Assembly: GCA_964609585.1 (NCBI GenBank)
Contig: CAZSRA010000001.1
Coordinates: forward strand, 45,816 to 109,815
DNA length: 64,000 nt
Reading direction: 5' to 3'
DNA from: an uncultured Candidatus Saccharimonadales bacterium
GTDB lineage: Bacteria; Patescibacteriota; Saccharimonadia; UBA4664
Each line of letters starts with the position of its first letter. The first letter of the stretch is position 1. Position numbers and translations under genes: made by a program. Below are positions 31,501-38,909 of this stretch, in pieces. The notes under the pieces were generated by a model. The model was not told where the DNA came from and ran no database searches. It saw only the letters and a list, made by a program, of their open reading frames with translations.

Positions 31501-32879
31501 CTGCCTCAAACACGGCGGCTAGCCTTGAATATATCGCTACCAATGCAGCTGGAGGTACGGCTTCGGGACTAACGGCGGCAAATAACTTGCCGGTGTTTAC
31601 GGCTAAGGTGAAGCCAAGTTTAACCGCTTCGGGTAGCAATGCTCGGTTCTTTGTGGGCCTGGGAGATAAGGGTGTAGCTAGCGGACTATTTCCGAATAAC
31701 GGGGTATTTTTCAGCAACTGTACGGCCACTGCTGTACCAGCGTGTGCCGGTACGAACTGGATAGGTGTGGTAACAAGCGCATCGGCGGTGGTGGGGACGG
31801 TGACGTGCAATGTTGGACTGGATAACTCCAATAACATCAATACAGTGAGTTTTAACTATCTTCGGATTGAGGTCCGGTCCAATACTGATTATCATTTCTT
31901 CGTTGATACGGACACATCTAACGGCGTGAACGAAAAAGAGTGTGGCTCTGGTATATCGGGCACTGGCCCGGGTGCTACTGGTTTATCGCCAATGCTTGAG
32001 ACTGCTTTTATGACCGCAACGGCAACGACTGAAAACATGGACGTAGACTTCGTGCGCATTTGGCAGGACGACCCGCCGGCAGGTGGCCAGCAGGCAGAAG
32101 TCCTGCAGCAAAGTGGTGGCGGCGAAGCGCCGCTTGTGCCCGATGTAGCGCCCGGCGATCGATCTGGTTGGGCGAATTCGCCGTTGGTAGACTTTACGGC
32201 GGCCACGAATGAGGACACGATTTTTGACCATGACGTGTATGTGAAGGGGACATTGTATGCCGACAAGATTAAGGCTAACCAAATAGAGGGATTGGACGTT
32301 TTGACTAATAGCGTGGACAGTTTGCAGGCGAAATTGGCTGCAAGTGGGCAGCCTGCTGGTCCGGCTTTGCCTAGTGCGCCCTTGGCAAGTCCCGGTGTGA
32401 ATTTGAATGGACTGAAGATTGACAATGGCTCAGTGTCGGCCGACATGAATGTGAAGGGAGGTTTGACGGTCGGGGGAGCGGCTGACTTCCAGGGCAGCGC
32501 ATTCTTCCGCGGACTGGTGACGTTTGTTCAGAAAACGGTCTTTAACAATGATGTGAGTTTCGAAGGTCGGCCGACATTTAATAGTGACACGGCTGGATAC
32601 GCGACGATTTACCCCACTCAGCAAGAGGTGAGTGTGAAATTTGACCGGCCATACGATCAGACGCCGGTCGTGGTGGTGTCGCTCAAGAATGGATTGTTTG
32701 AGCAGTTTTCGTACAAAGATGCGACTACAACGGGCTTTACGATTGTCTTGCCGAAGGCAGCGACCGAGGAACTAGACTTTTCATGGTATGCCGTGAGCGT
32801 GAAAGATGCGAAAACAACGGCTTTACCAACGCCAAGTCCGTCGGTGAGTCCGAGGCCGAGCCCGGCTTTGTCGCCGTAA
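25521..32879 (+). CDS. Giant mosaic surface fibre protein (LVIVD-like propeller, CBM-like domain, Kelch propeller, tail-fibre-like C-terminus)
   Basis: Signal peptide; INYQGRL N-domain; RVGIGTxxP repeats; seven xGxYxY...DISNP blades; NPSFE domain; six NGYxYxIGG blades; VKFDRPYDQTPVVVVS. Confidence 0.8.
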   Translation: MIFKLIKKHLSNLINPRTALAFIGLGLVSVGIAGLNAQSAQAVGAAGINQTINYQGRLLNAAGAVIADGTYNMEFKIYQDGDGCVSGGTSPCSGTLKWTEDWINSGTDKRVVVKNGYFSVNLGSVTAFGGSVNWNWDTLWLTQTVASGNPTGSCTPFSTCNSGNEPEMLPMKRLSSAVYALNSQQLGGLTAGQYVQLAQGVQADSSTTNPSIFINKTGATANILELQKAGGDVLTVNNAGATTLQNSTDSATGFLVKSASGSLNASVFDVDTLNQRIGVNTNAPSDTFQINQGTTALPGTVSNSASSPNVTGSATTFTTSFLVGDTFTVTSTTNTCTILSITDNTHLVCTGNLSTLSSNSAYTMGNIGRIGVLANGSLGVGTTSPTQSLQVTDAGGNTAFSVDTRNLRVGIGTANPTNRFTVNGGNSLFTNTSTTSTTPTLSVTTTATPTTGNTITSLSNTLTNTPTSVANTAIGQAVTVTDATTLANTLQGFSLVVSDTGTGAKVVRGLSVDTTGTTNGSAAVTTALFKAATSTTAFQVQNTSSQAILAVDTSANVVAIGGTQPTVQSASGNLTVLAQGTNQLSLDTGSTGTVVVGSSNAATVTIGNSNTATNVTGILGGAGASGGGINIGGGTNAQTVNIGSTVAATAVNIQGGSTGGINIGTSGSPTITIGNSATTTKMGGRVGVGTAAPTEQLDVEGQLPSATIGSAFTTGNPAYDVATEGQYAYTASYGKFDTWDVTRPSAPVKLGTLSISTGIVYVKVSGKYAFVVNGTTSQLYIINISNPASPSLTATVGTSVTVGTLTQLNTVAIQGRYMYLGASTVSNNYVLVYDISNPATPQYVANVIETQGVDSIAIQGTYLYATIAATGLQIVDISNPAAPVNKGSLSSSSTNTVIVQGRYAYLSLGTTLQAVNVSDPTAPVSAGTVTLDSSESNMVMQGKYIYVAISTSHELQVVNVSNPASMSITGTIATGTEVRSVALAGNYAYVSDYTNGKILVYDMGGAYIQQLQAGGIAATTLDVSNSLQVEGAASFSNGLRVNQGFSADGNSSVQGSFQVQNASGTTVLNADATQGTLTTNGGSLTINGIANPAAPTLTSSSTGGSLAANTYFYRLDAVGTGGSGTTAGIPSSPGSVTTSGSASQNTLSWTAVPNATAYDVYRSIDGGNTWFYNQFSSATTSIIDNGSTYTWATSGSFSNFSNAGGINLQKSTGITFDAGSGGTYQMEIFDNVNGGNTLTMGNYNAGGSVDIQGQNFYLTDTSTYNHDFSMTNTGAITLKNSVNSSAAFQVQNSSGASLLGVNTLTSNLNLVANPSFEVTTNGWSLRGAATVTYDDAAGNALYGGSTLKMVNTASGDGAKYSYPLLPSQQYSLSMWAKASVATTMILGRQENGSDVETGCVAASVTTSWTQVTCTFTTGATINTASNIYIRQTVAGTPTVYLDGVMLVTGATVQSYVAPSNNLQVDAGSSNLTLNNANTGELQSWRQTNAMGTGRRYASTVTANGYIYYIGGCTGACSAGLGVTTVDYAKINADGSVGTTTWSTTTALPQARYGHTAFTLNGYLYVVGGDNATGALNAAPQTTVYYSRLNQTDGTLGSWQTSANSLLAAREFHTSVTANGYAYVIGGDNAGAQSTAYYAKLYSDGSTAAWATTTPLSTGAAVRREADSVVANGYVYVIGGDSAGTAQSTVYYNSLNADGTLGASWASTTALPQIRRYETTVTANGYIYAIGGDNGSGVATNTVYYAAITAGGLIGSWFTNGTTLPAARWGQSTMLANGYVYALSGYDGSNPQPTVYYASTSRVMLGGSLDLVGLNSQTLTDPGGAGSIVAGNIRAVGALQVEGFADFNTGLAVASGLTINTVGSSAGQTILNANDSSGNSIFGLKYLAGNFGAFASAGAFVSKNNYWGEEFNVTQTNVCSRTTTTNGWKARGDFGSNGGTACTPGDGELAFSSVLGVAASGNTSAACTSNSGACGGSLPAANYGLERISAVSTITASNTAASLEYIATNAAGGTASGLTAANNLPVFTAKVKPSLTASGSNARFFVGLGDKGVASGLFPNNGVFFSNCTATAVPACAGTNWIGVVTSASAVVGTVTCNVGLDNSNNINTVSFNYLRIEVRSNTDYHFFVDTDTSNGVNEKECGSGISGTGPGATGLSPMLETAFMTATATTENMDVDFVRIWQDDPPAGGQQAEVLQQSGGGEAPLVPDVAPGDRSGWANSPLVDFTAATNEDTIFDHDVYVKGTLYADKIKANQIEGLDVLTNSVDSLQAKLAASGQPAGPALPSAPLASPGVNLNGLKIDNGSVSADMNVKGGLTVGGAADFQGSAFFRGLVTFVQKTVFNNDVSFEGRPTFNSDTAGYATIYPTQQEVSVKFDRPYDQTPVVVVSLKNGLFEQFSYKDATTTGFTIVLPKAATEELDFSWYAVSVKDAKTTALPTPSPSVSPRPSPALSP

Positions 32880-32900
32880 GGTGATTTGAGCTGATGCAAG

Positions 32901-32931
32901 CTAAAAGGAGCCTGAAATGGGCTCCTTTTAG
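32901..32931. terminator. Bidirectional intrinsic terminator
   Basis: CTAAAAGGAGCC-TGAAATG-GGCTCCTTTTAG between convergent genes. Confidence 0.9.
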
Positions 32932-32957
32932 TGTGGGATGCTAAGCCGTTTTAAGAT

Positions 32958-34073
32958 TTAAGGCACTAAATGGCCGGTGCAGGTGTTGCCATTATTGTTG
33001 CTATTGGTGCCGTCTGGACAGGTCGTGTTTGACCAGGTTGGATTTGAGAGAGTGCCGGTACCAAGGTTTTGGGCACCGGTAAGGTTTGAGCCGGTGAAAT
33101 TTGGATTGGTTAAGTTAGTGTTGGTAAAACCAGTGGCATTGCCGATACTTGGGTTTATTGACAGGTCTGTTCCGGTAAAATTGGCGCCTGTAAAACTTGA
33201 ATTGCTCAGATCGGCGCCGCGCAAATCGGCGTTGGTAAAATTGGGATTTGTTCCGGTTGAGCCGGTAATGCGAACGCGGCTCGGGAGGTCACCGAAGGAG
33301 GTGCCAATGAATTTGGTGTTCGTGATATTTGAGGAGTCGAAGGTGAGCATGGTGCCGTTTAGGGCTTTGGCCGAGGTGAGGTCGGCTCCGGTGAGATTGG
33401 TATTGGAGAAGGAGGCTGCGTTGCCGAAGTCGACATTGCTAAAAATTACACCCGATAGATCGGAGTTAGCGAAGTTAATCGAGGTGAGCTGATTGGCGGT
33501 GAGATTTCGGTTGGCTAGTCCGCTAACGTTGGTGAGGGATGTGCCGGTGAAATCAATGCCGCTAAGGCTGGTTGCTCCGAGTGCGATGGTGTTGAGGGTG
33601 GTGCCGTTGAGATTTGAGTTCGTAAGATTTGTGCTTGAGAAATCTTCGTGATCTAAAGCGGCATTGGTGAGGTCGACTCCAGATACATTGGCATTTGTGA
33701 GATCGGTGTGAGAGAGCCTGGTGCTTGTGAGCGAAGCATTGGATAAATCAGCGCTCCGGAAGTCTCGGTAGCGCAAATCCATGCCGTCGAGCGCAGCCCC
33801 GGCTAGATTGGTTATGAATTGGCCGGGGGCGGCGGAATTCCAAGACAGTGCGGTTTCGCCGCTATTGCAGGTTTGGCTTGGACTATCGATGATGCGAACT
33901 TTGCCGAGCAAGCCCGTGCTATTACAGGCGTGAATGACGCCGCCGGTATCTGGAATGGAGGCAAGTACCGTAGCGGATCCAACGAGCGTGAGCGTTATGC
34001 CTGCGGCAACTCCGGTAAAGAATTTGGGCTGTTGCCTAACGGTACGGACTAGCATGCGGAGTAAGTTGCGCAT
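32958..34073 (-). CDS. Secreted pentapeptide-repeat protein
   Basis: A(D/N)LxxA-type repeats; N-terminal TM + Cys-pair domain; C-terminal WSNTTCPDG; AAGGAGG SD. Confidence 0.85.
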   Translation of the reverse strand: MRNLLRMLVRTVRQQPKFFTGVAAGITLTLVGSATVLASIPDTGGVIHACNSTGLLGKVRIIDSPSQTCNSGETALSWNSAAPGQFITNLAGAALDGMDLRYRDFRSADLSNASLTSTRLSHTDLTNANVSGVDLTNAALDHEDFSSTNLTNSNLNGTTLNTIALGATSLSGIDFTGTSLTNVSGLANRNLTANQLTSINFANSDLSGVIFSNVDFGNAASFSNTNLTGADLTSAKALNGTMLTFDSSNITNTKFIGTSFGDLPSRVRITGSTGTNPNFTNADLRGADLSNSSFTGANFTGTDLSINPSIGNATGFTNTNLTNPNFTGSNLTGAQNLGTGTLSNPTWSNTTCPDGTNSNNNGNTCTGHLVP

Positions 34074-34195
34074 GGATACCTCCTTAATTTTTTAGTAATT
34101 TTAAGCATAAGAGTTATGAATGAGCGATACAATAGTTCGGTATACACGACGCGAGTTGCTGTTGAGCGACATGTTCGTTACACTGAGCATAAGCA

Positions 34196-34693
34196 ATGAG
34201 TGAGATGAAGTTACAACCCGGCATGTCTTCGGAAAAAGCCCGTATATATAGTGACGGTCTGCGTGGCGGTCAACTTCCAGCGAAGACAGTGAGCCCACAG
34301 CGGTCTTGGCGCGACAATTTTTGGAAGCGTCGATGGTGGCAGGTGGCGATAGCGGCTGTACTCGTGGCAGCGGTGGGTTACTTGGTATATGGCTACGCTA
34401 ATGCGCAGACGGAACTGGCTCGTTTGAACGGCGGTTCGGGTAGTGAGGTGCAGTCGCTCGTAAATCAGATAGGCCGGTATCTGGTTTTGCCCGATGAGGC
34501 GCCAACGCTCGCGACAGTGAATGATGTTTCAAAATTGAAGAACCAAGAATTCTTCAAGAATGCTCAAAATGGCGATAAAGTGCTCATTTTTTCAAAGGCA
34601 GGTCGGGCTTTGCTGTACCGGGTGTCGACGAAAAAGATTATTGAGTACTCGAAGGTGGATTTGAGTTCGTCGGGGACCGGCTCTACGCCATAA
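34196..34693 (+). CDS. Single-TM hypothetical protein
   Basis: TM segment then LPDEAPTLATVNDVSKLKNQEFFKNAQNGDKVLIF, a motif I recall from CPR surface clusters. Confidence 0.7.
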   Translation: MSEMKLQPGMSSEKARIYSDGLRGGQLPAKTVSPQRSWRDNFWKRRWWQVAIAAVLVAAVGYLVYGYANAQTELARLNGGSGSEVQSLVNQIGRYLVLPDEAPTLATVNDVSKLKNQEFFKNAQNGDKVLIFSKAGRALLYRVSTKKIIEYSKVDLSSSGTGSTP

Positions 34694-34735
34694 TTTTGCT
34701 GGCTTGCAGGCGTAATTGAGGGTACAATAAAGCTA

Positions 34736-37039
34736 ATGCTTATCCGGCTAAAAAAGTTGGTAGCTTTGTGGGCGGTTATCGTTATTGTGGCCGTGGGTTT
34801 GCCTGCTCCGGCGGCCAGAGCGAGTTTGTCGAGCTGTACGGCCGATACGAGTCCGCGTGAGATGGCGCCCAATGCGACGATTGATGTTTCGTTTACGGTT
34901 CAAAATACCGATGTGAATCCTATCCGGTGGATGCGGGTGGTGGTGCCTTCGAGCGATTTTACTATCGTTAGTACGACGATTAGTGGCTGGAATGATGCGA
35001 CCTCGGGTGGATCGACTTCTACCTTTTTAACGGGTGGAACACTTAATCCTGGGGACACGCTTAATTTTACGATTTCGACCCAGGCAGCAAATACCAATGA
35101 TTCACCGGCAAACTGGGTGTATTATGCGTCGGATGATGCGGGTGGTAATAACTCTATTAACTGTACGGGCACGCAAGATTTGGCCATTGTGGGCGATGTT
35201 GTGCAGCCACTGGCGGTATCAAATGTGCAGCTTTCGGGGCTGACGGCGACCTCGGTACTTGTGACCTGGGATACGAATGCACCAGCGACTTCGCAGGTAG
35301 ACTATGGGCTAGACGAGACCTATGGTACGACGAAGGGTCCGGACGCCGGCTTGGTGACGCAGCATAGAATGACGCTTTCAGGGCTGACGGCGAACACGGG
35401 CTATCATTATATGGTAACAAGTACGCGACCGTCAGATTCGAGCACGTCTAGTTCGCCGGATGGGACTTTTTTGACGGCAGCGATTGTGCCGCCGGTGATT
35501 GTACAGGTGCCGGTGGCGGGTGGCGGCGGGAGTAGTGGTGGGCTAACGGGTGCAAATGTGCCGGGGGCAGTGGTGCAGACTACCCCGACCGAGAGTGTGC
35601 CTCCGACGGTAAGTCTTACGACCGATATGACGAGGCCGTTTAAGGTGGTGCCGAAACTTGCCGGAGTGGCGGCTGATAATGTGGCGGTGGCGCGGGTGGA
35701 TTATTCGACCGATGGGGGAAAGAATTGGTTGCCGGTTGATAGTGTGGTGCAGGCTACGACGACTACAACAACTGGTACCGGCAAAAAGAAAAAGTCGGTG
35801 ACGACGACCAGCCCAGCGAATGTGAGTTTTTCGTTTACGCCGGTGATTTTGGATGATGGCAATTATACCGTAATGGCGCGCGCGACGGATTCGAGCGGGA
35901 ACGTGTCGGTGACACCGGGCGCGGTACTGGTGCTCGATCAATTGCCGCCGCGATTTGGGACGAGCGTGGTGACGATTGGGCCACAAATGATTGAGCCGGG
36001 CGCAGATGGCAAACTGATAGTGCCGGCTGGGCTCGATTATAAGATGACAGTGAGTTTGGTGGGCGGTCCGACCAAGGTAACGGTTCACGCTCAGGTGGGG
36101 ACGGAGATGGGTCATAGTTTTAGCTTGACTCCATCATCGGAGCCAGGATTATGGGTGGGGATCTTGAGTTTTAGTGCTGCGGGGACCTACCAGCTTACGG
36201 GTGAGGCCGTGGATGGGGCGGGGAATACGGGCACGCGGATGCTGGCGACGGTAACAGCTGTACCGGCACTAAAGATTACTGGGGGCGCTGGCGCTTTAAA
36301 AGGGACGAAGGCTACGTTGTACAACTTTAGTGCCGAGTCGCATGCGTGGCAGGTGTGGGACGCGGCAGCATATGGCCAGCATAACCCACAGAATTTGAAT
36401 TCGCAGGGGGCTTTGAGCCTGCTGGTTCCTTCCGGCGAGTATTATTTGAAGCTAGAGTCGGCGGGGGGACCAGATACGCTGACGCGCAGTTTTACCGTGG
36501 ACACGCCGACGCCGCTCACGGGAGCGATTGCGCTTTCGAATAGCGCGGGTTTTAAGCTTGGGCCGTTGTCGGTATTTTGGCCCTGGACGACACTGGCTGC
36601 TCCGCCAGTGAAGGCGAGTAGTGCCGCGAGTGGGCTTGTAGAAAACGCGCGGTTGCCGCTGGTGAAGTTGCCAACCACGGATGGGCAGTTGATATCGCCG
36701 GTGGATTGGTACGGCAAGCCAACGGTACTGGCGGCGGTAGCCACTTGGGCGCCGACAACGGCCGAGCAATTGCCGGCACTGGCAAAGCTTTCGGCTAATA
36801 GTGATGTGAATGTGGTGATACTGGCCGAACAGCAGCGGGCAGAGACGGTGGCGGCCTATTTGCAGGTAGCGGACAGTACGCTTTCGGCGGTATGTGATCC
36901 GGACGGTTTGCTTAGTGGTACTTTGACTACGCCGGGTGTTCCGGCGCTGTATTTCATTGACCGGCACGGTATAATTAAAAAGGTTATGGTTGGGACGAGG
37001 TCGGCTGAAGAGATTTTGGCTGAGCTTAGTTTGCTTTAA
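34736..37039 (+). CDS. Secreted Fn3/Ig-like + Cys-less TlpA-fold protein (copy 2)
   Basis: Collinear paralog of 11529..13838; identical ATWAPTTAEQLPALA. Confidence 0.75.
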   Translation: MLIRLKKLVALWAVIVIVAVGLPAPAARASLSSCTADTSPREMAPNATIDVSFTVQNTDVNPIRWMRVVVPSSDFTIVSTTISGWNDATSGGSTSTFLTGGTLNPGDTLNFTISTQAANTNDSPANWVYYASDDAGGNNSINCTGTQDLAIVGDVVQPLAVSNVQLSGLTATSVLVTWDTNAPATSQVDYGLDETYGTTKGPDAGLVTQHRMTLSGLTANTGYHYMVTSTRPSDSSTSSSPDGTFLTAAIVPPVIVQVPVAGGGGSSGGLTGANVPGAVVQTTPTESVPPTVSLTTDMTRPFKVVPKLAGVAADNVAVARVDYSTDGGKNWLPVDSVVQATTTTTTGTGKKKKSVTTTSPANVSFSFTPVILDDGNYTVMARATDSSGNVSVTPGAVLVLDQLPPRFGTSVVTIGPQMIEPGADGKLIVPAGLDYKMTVSLVGGPTKVTVHAQVGTEMGHSFSLTPSSEPGLWVGILSFSAAGTYQLTGEAVDGAGNTGTRMLATVTAVPALKITGGAGALKGTKATLYNFSAESHAWQVWDAAAYGQHNPQNLNSQGALSLLVPSGEYYLKLESAGGPDTLTRSFTVDTPTPLTGAIALSNSAGFKLGPLSVFWPWTTLAAPPVKASSAASGLVENARLPLVKLPTTDGQLISPVDWYGKPTVLAAVATWAPTTAEQLPALAKLSANSDVNVVILAEQQRAETVAAYLQVADSTLSAVCDPDGLLSGTLTTPGVPALYFIDRHGIIKKVMVGTRSAEEILAELSLL

Positions 37040-37055
37040 TGGATAGCGGCACCTA

Positions 37056-38804
37056 ATGTTACCTCTCGAATTTATCTTAACGGACGCGCATTTTGCCATC
37101 GGAATGTTGGCGGCTTTGGCGTGTTTTGCGACGTTTTGGTTGTATTTTGACGCTTGGACGGGAGACCGTGAGTGGAAAGAGTTTTTGAAATGGTTGGGAT
37201 ATGTGGTGCTGGCGCTTGGACTCATGCTGACGGCCACAGAAGTAGAGCCGGCTTTCTTGGGCCAAACAGGATTTGGGGAACTCGGATGGTTGGGCCTAGT
37301 ACTTAGGGGTGTAGGATATGCGGTTCTGGCCGTGGGGTTGGTGCTCGACCCGTTGCAGCCAGTGCCACAACATCCGCCAGAGGAGTCGATTGTGCCGACT
37401 ACTGGGGAACCTCTGGTGCCGGAGAAAAAGCATTGGTGGCAGCGTCGAAAGAAACCCAAAATGCAGCCACAACCACCACAACCTGCGCCAGCGCCGGTAC
37501 CAGCGACGGTGTCTGCGCCGGTGTCGCCGGAACCACCGCAACAACCATCGCAGTTTTCGGCGGGTTATGTGGTTACCTTCGGGAGTTTCAGGCTGGTAAT
37601 ACCGGTGTTGTCAGCTACGGTATGGTTTTTGTATTGGCGCCGGGCAAACAAAGGGTTAGAACGGCACTTAAAGCCGGTAATGTGGGCTTTTGCGTGGTTT
37701 ACGGCGTTTGAACTTGTGGATTTGTCGGCTTTGGCGCGGGGGACCGATGATCCCCGGCTGTACGGGATTGTGGCGCCGTTTGGGCCGTTGTGGATAGGCG
37801 AGCACATTCTTCTGGCAGTAGCGGCTGTGCTGCTGGGGGGATGGGTGTGGCAGTATTTGACGAAGCGGCTGCAGACGCAGTTGTTTATTGTTTTGACGAC
37901 AGCCTGCCTAGTGATCTTTTTGGTGACGACGGTGAGCTTCACGTTTCTTTTGATGGCTCGGGTGCAGGATCAGGCGTTCGGATCGCTTAATACTACGGCC
38001 AAAGTGCTCAACACGGCGATTGCAGGACAGCAGGCCCAAACCACGGCGGCGGCTCAGGTGGTGGCCGGGAGCTCTGCGGTGGCCGAGGCGGTGGCTGCTC
38101 GGGATCATGTGAAACTGGCGGCACTTGAAAGTACGTTTCTTTCGAGCCAGCATCAGTCGTCGCTGTTGATTACCAGTGATACGGCGCAGGTCCTTTTGCG
38201 AGCAGATGATCCCGCGCGATGGGGGGATTCGGTGTCGAGTGATTCGCTGGTAGTGCGAGCGCTGGTGGGCAAGACGAGTCACGGTTTGTCGGCGGAAGCA
38301 GGAGCTTTGACGCCGAGGTTGGTGATGCGTTCTTCGGCGCCAATTCGCAACGCGGCGGGGTTGATCGTTGGCACAGCGACGGTTGGGTTTACGGTCGATA
38401 GTGCCTTTGTGGATGGATTGAAGCAGAGTACGGGTCTGTCGGCGTCGATTTATAGCGGCTCGGTGCGGGTGGCGACAACGTTGGTCGCGGCAGACGGGCG
38501 GTCGCGGCTCGTGGGGGTGAAGGAGTCGAACGGGGCGATTACGGACTCGGTCTTGACCCATGGTAAAACCTGGAGTGGACTGATTTCTTCGGGCGGGCAA
38601 TCGTATTTGGCGGTGTACGCAGCGCTTAAGGATGCGGATAATGCGCCGGTTGGGATGTTGTTCATTGGCGAGCCGCAGGTGCTGCTTTTGCAGGCGGCGG
38701 GACGATCGATTGAGCTGACGTTTTTGATAGCGGTGGGGCTGTTGATACTTTCGATTGTGCCGATTCATCTCATTTCGAAATCGCTGGCGAGTCAGCTGCA
38801 TTAA
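37056..38804 (+). CDS. Multi-TM Cache-domain protein with no output domain (copy 2)
   Basis: Paralog of 14566..16152 (GLERHLKP, YLTKRL, VGMLFxG; ends SQLH); Pro-rich loop insertion. Confidence 0.75.
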   Translation: MLPLEFILTDAHFAIGMLAALACFATFWLYFDAWTGDREWKEFLKWLGYVVLALGLMLTATEVEPAFLGQTGFGELGWLGLVLRGVGYAVLAVGLVLDPLQPVPQHPPEESIVPTTGEPLVPEKKHWWQRRKKPKMQPQPPQPAPAPVPATVSAPVSPEPPQQPSQFSAGYVVTFGSFRLVIPVLSATVWFLYWRRANKGLERHLKPVMWAFAWFTAFELVDLSALARGTDDPRLYGIVAPFGPLWIGEHILLAVAAVLLGGWVWQYLTKRLQTQLFIVLTTACLVIFLVTTVSFTFLLMARVQDQAFGSLNTTAKVLNTAIAGQQAQTTAAAQVVAGSSAVAEAVAARDHVKLAALESTFLSSQHQSSLLITSDTAQVLLRADDPARWGDSVSSDSLVVRALVGKTSHGLSAEAGALTPRLVMRSSAPIRNAAGLIVGTATVGFTVDSAFVDGLKQSTGLSASIYSGSVRVATTLVAADGRSRLVGVKESNGAITDSVLTHGKTWSGLISSGGQSYLAVYAALKDADNAPVGMLFIGEPQVLLLQAAGRSIELTFLIAVGLLILSIVPIHLISKSLASQLH

Positions 38805-38909
38805 TTTCCCCTGTTTTTGATTAAAAATGGGCTCGCAGTCTGGAAAAATCCATGCCTGTGAGCCCCAAATTATGATAAGATATAAGCGTTAGTATTTTGG
38901 TGTGAGGTA

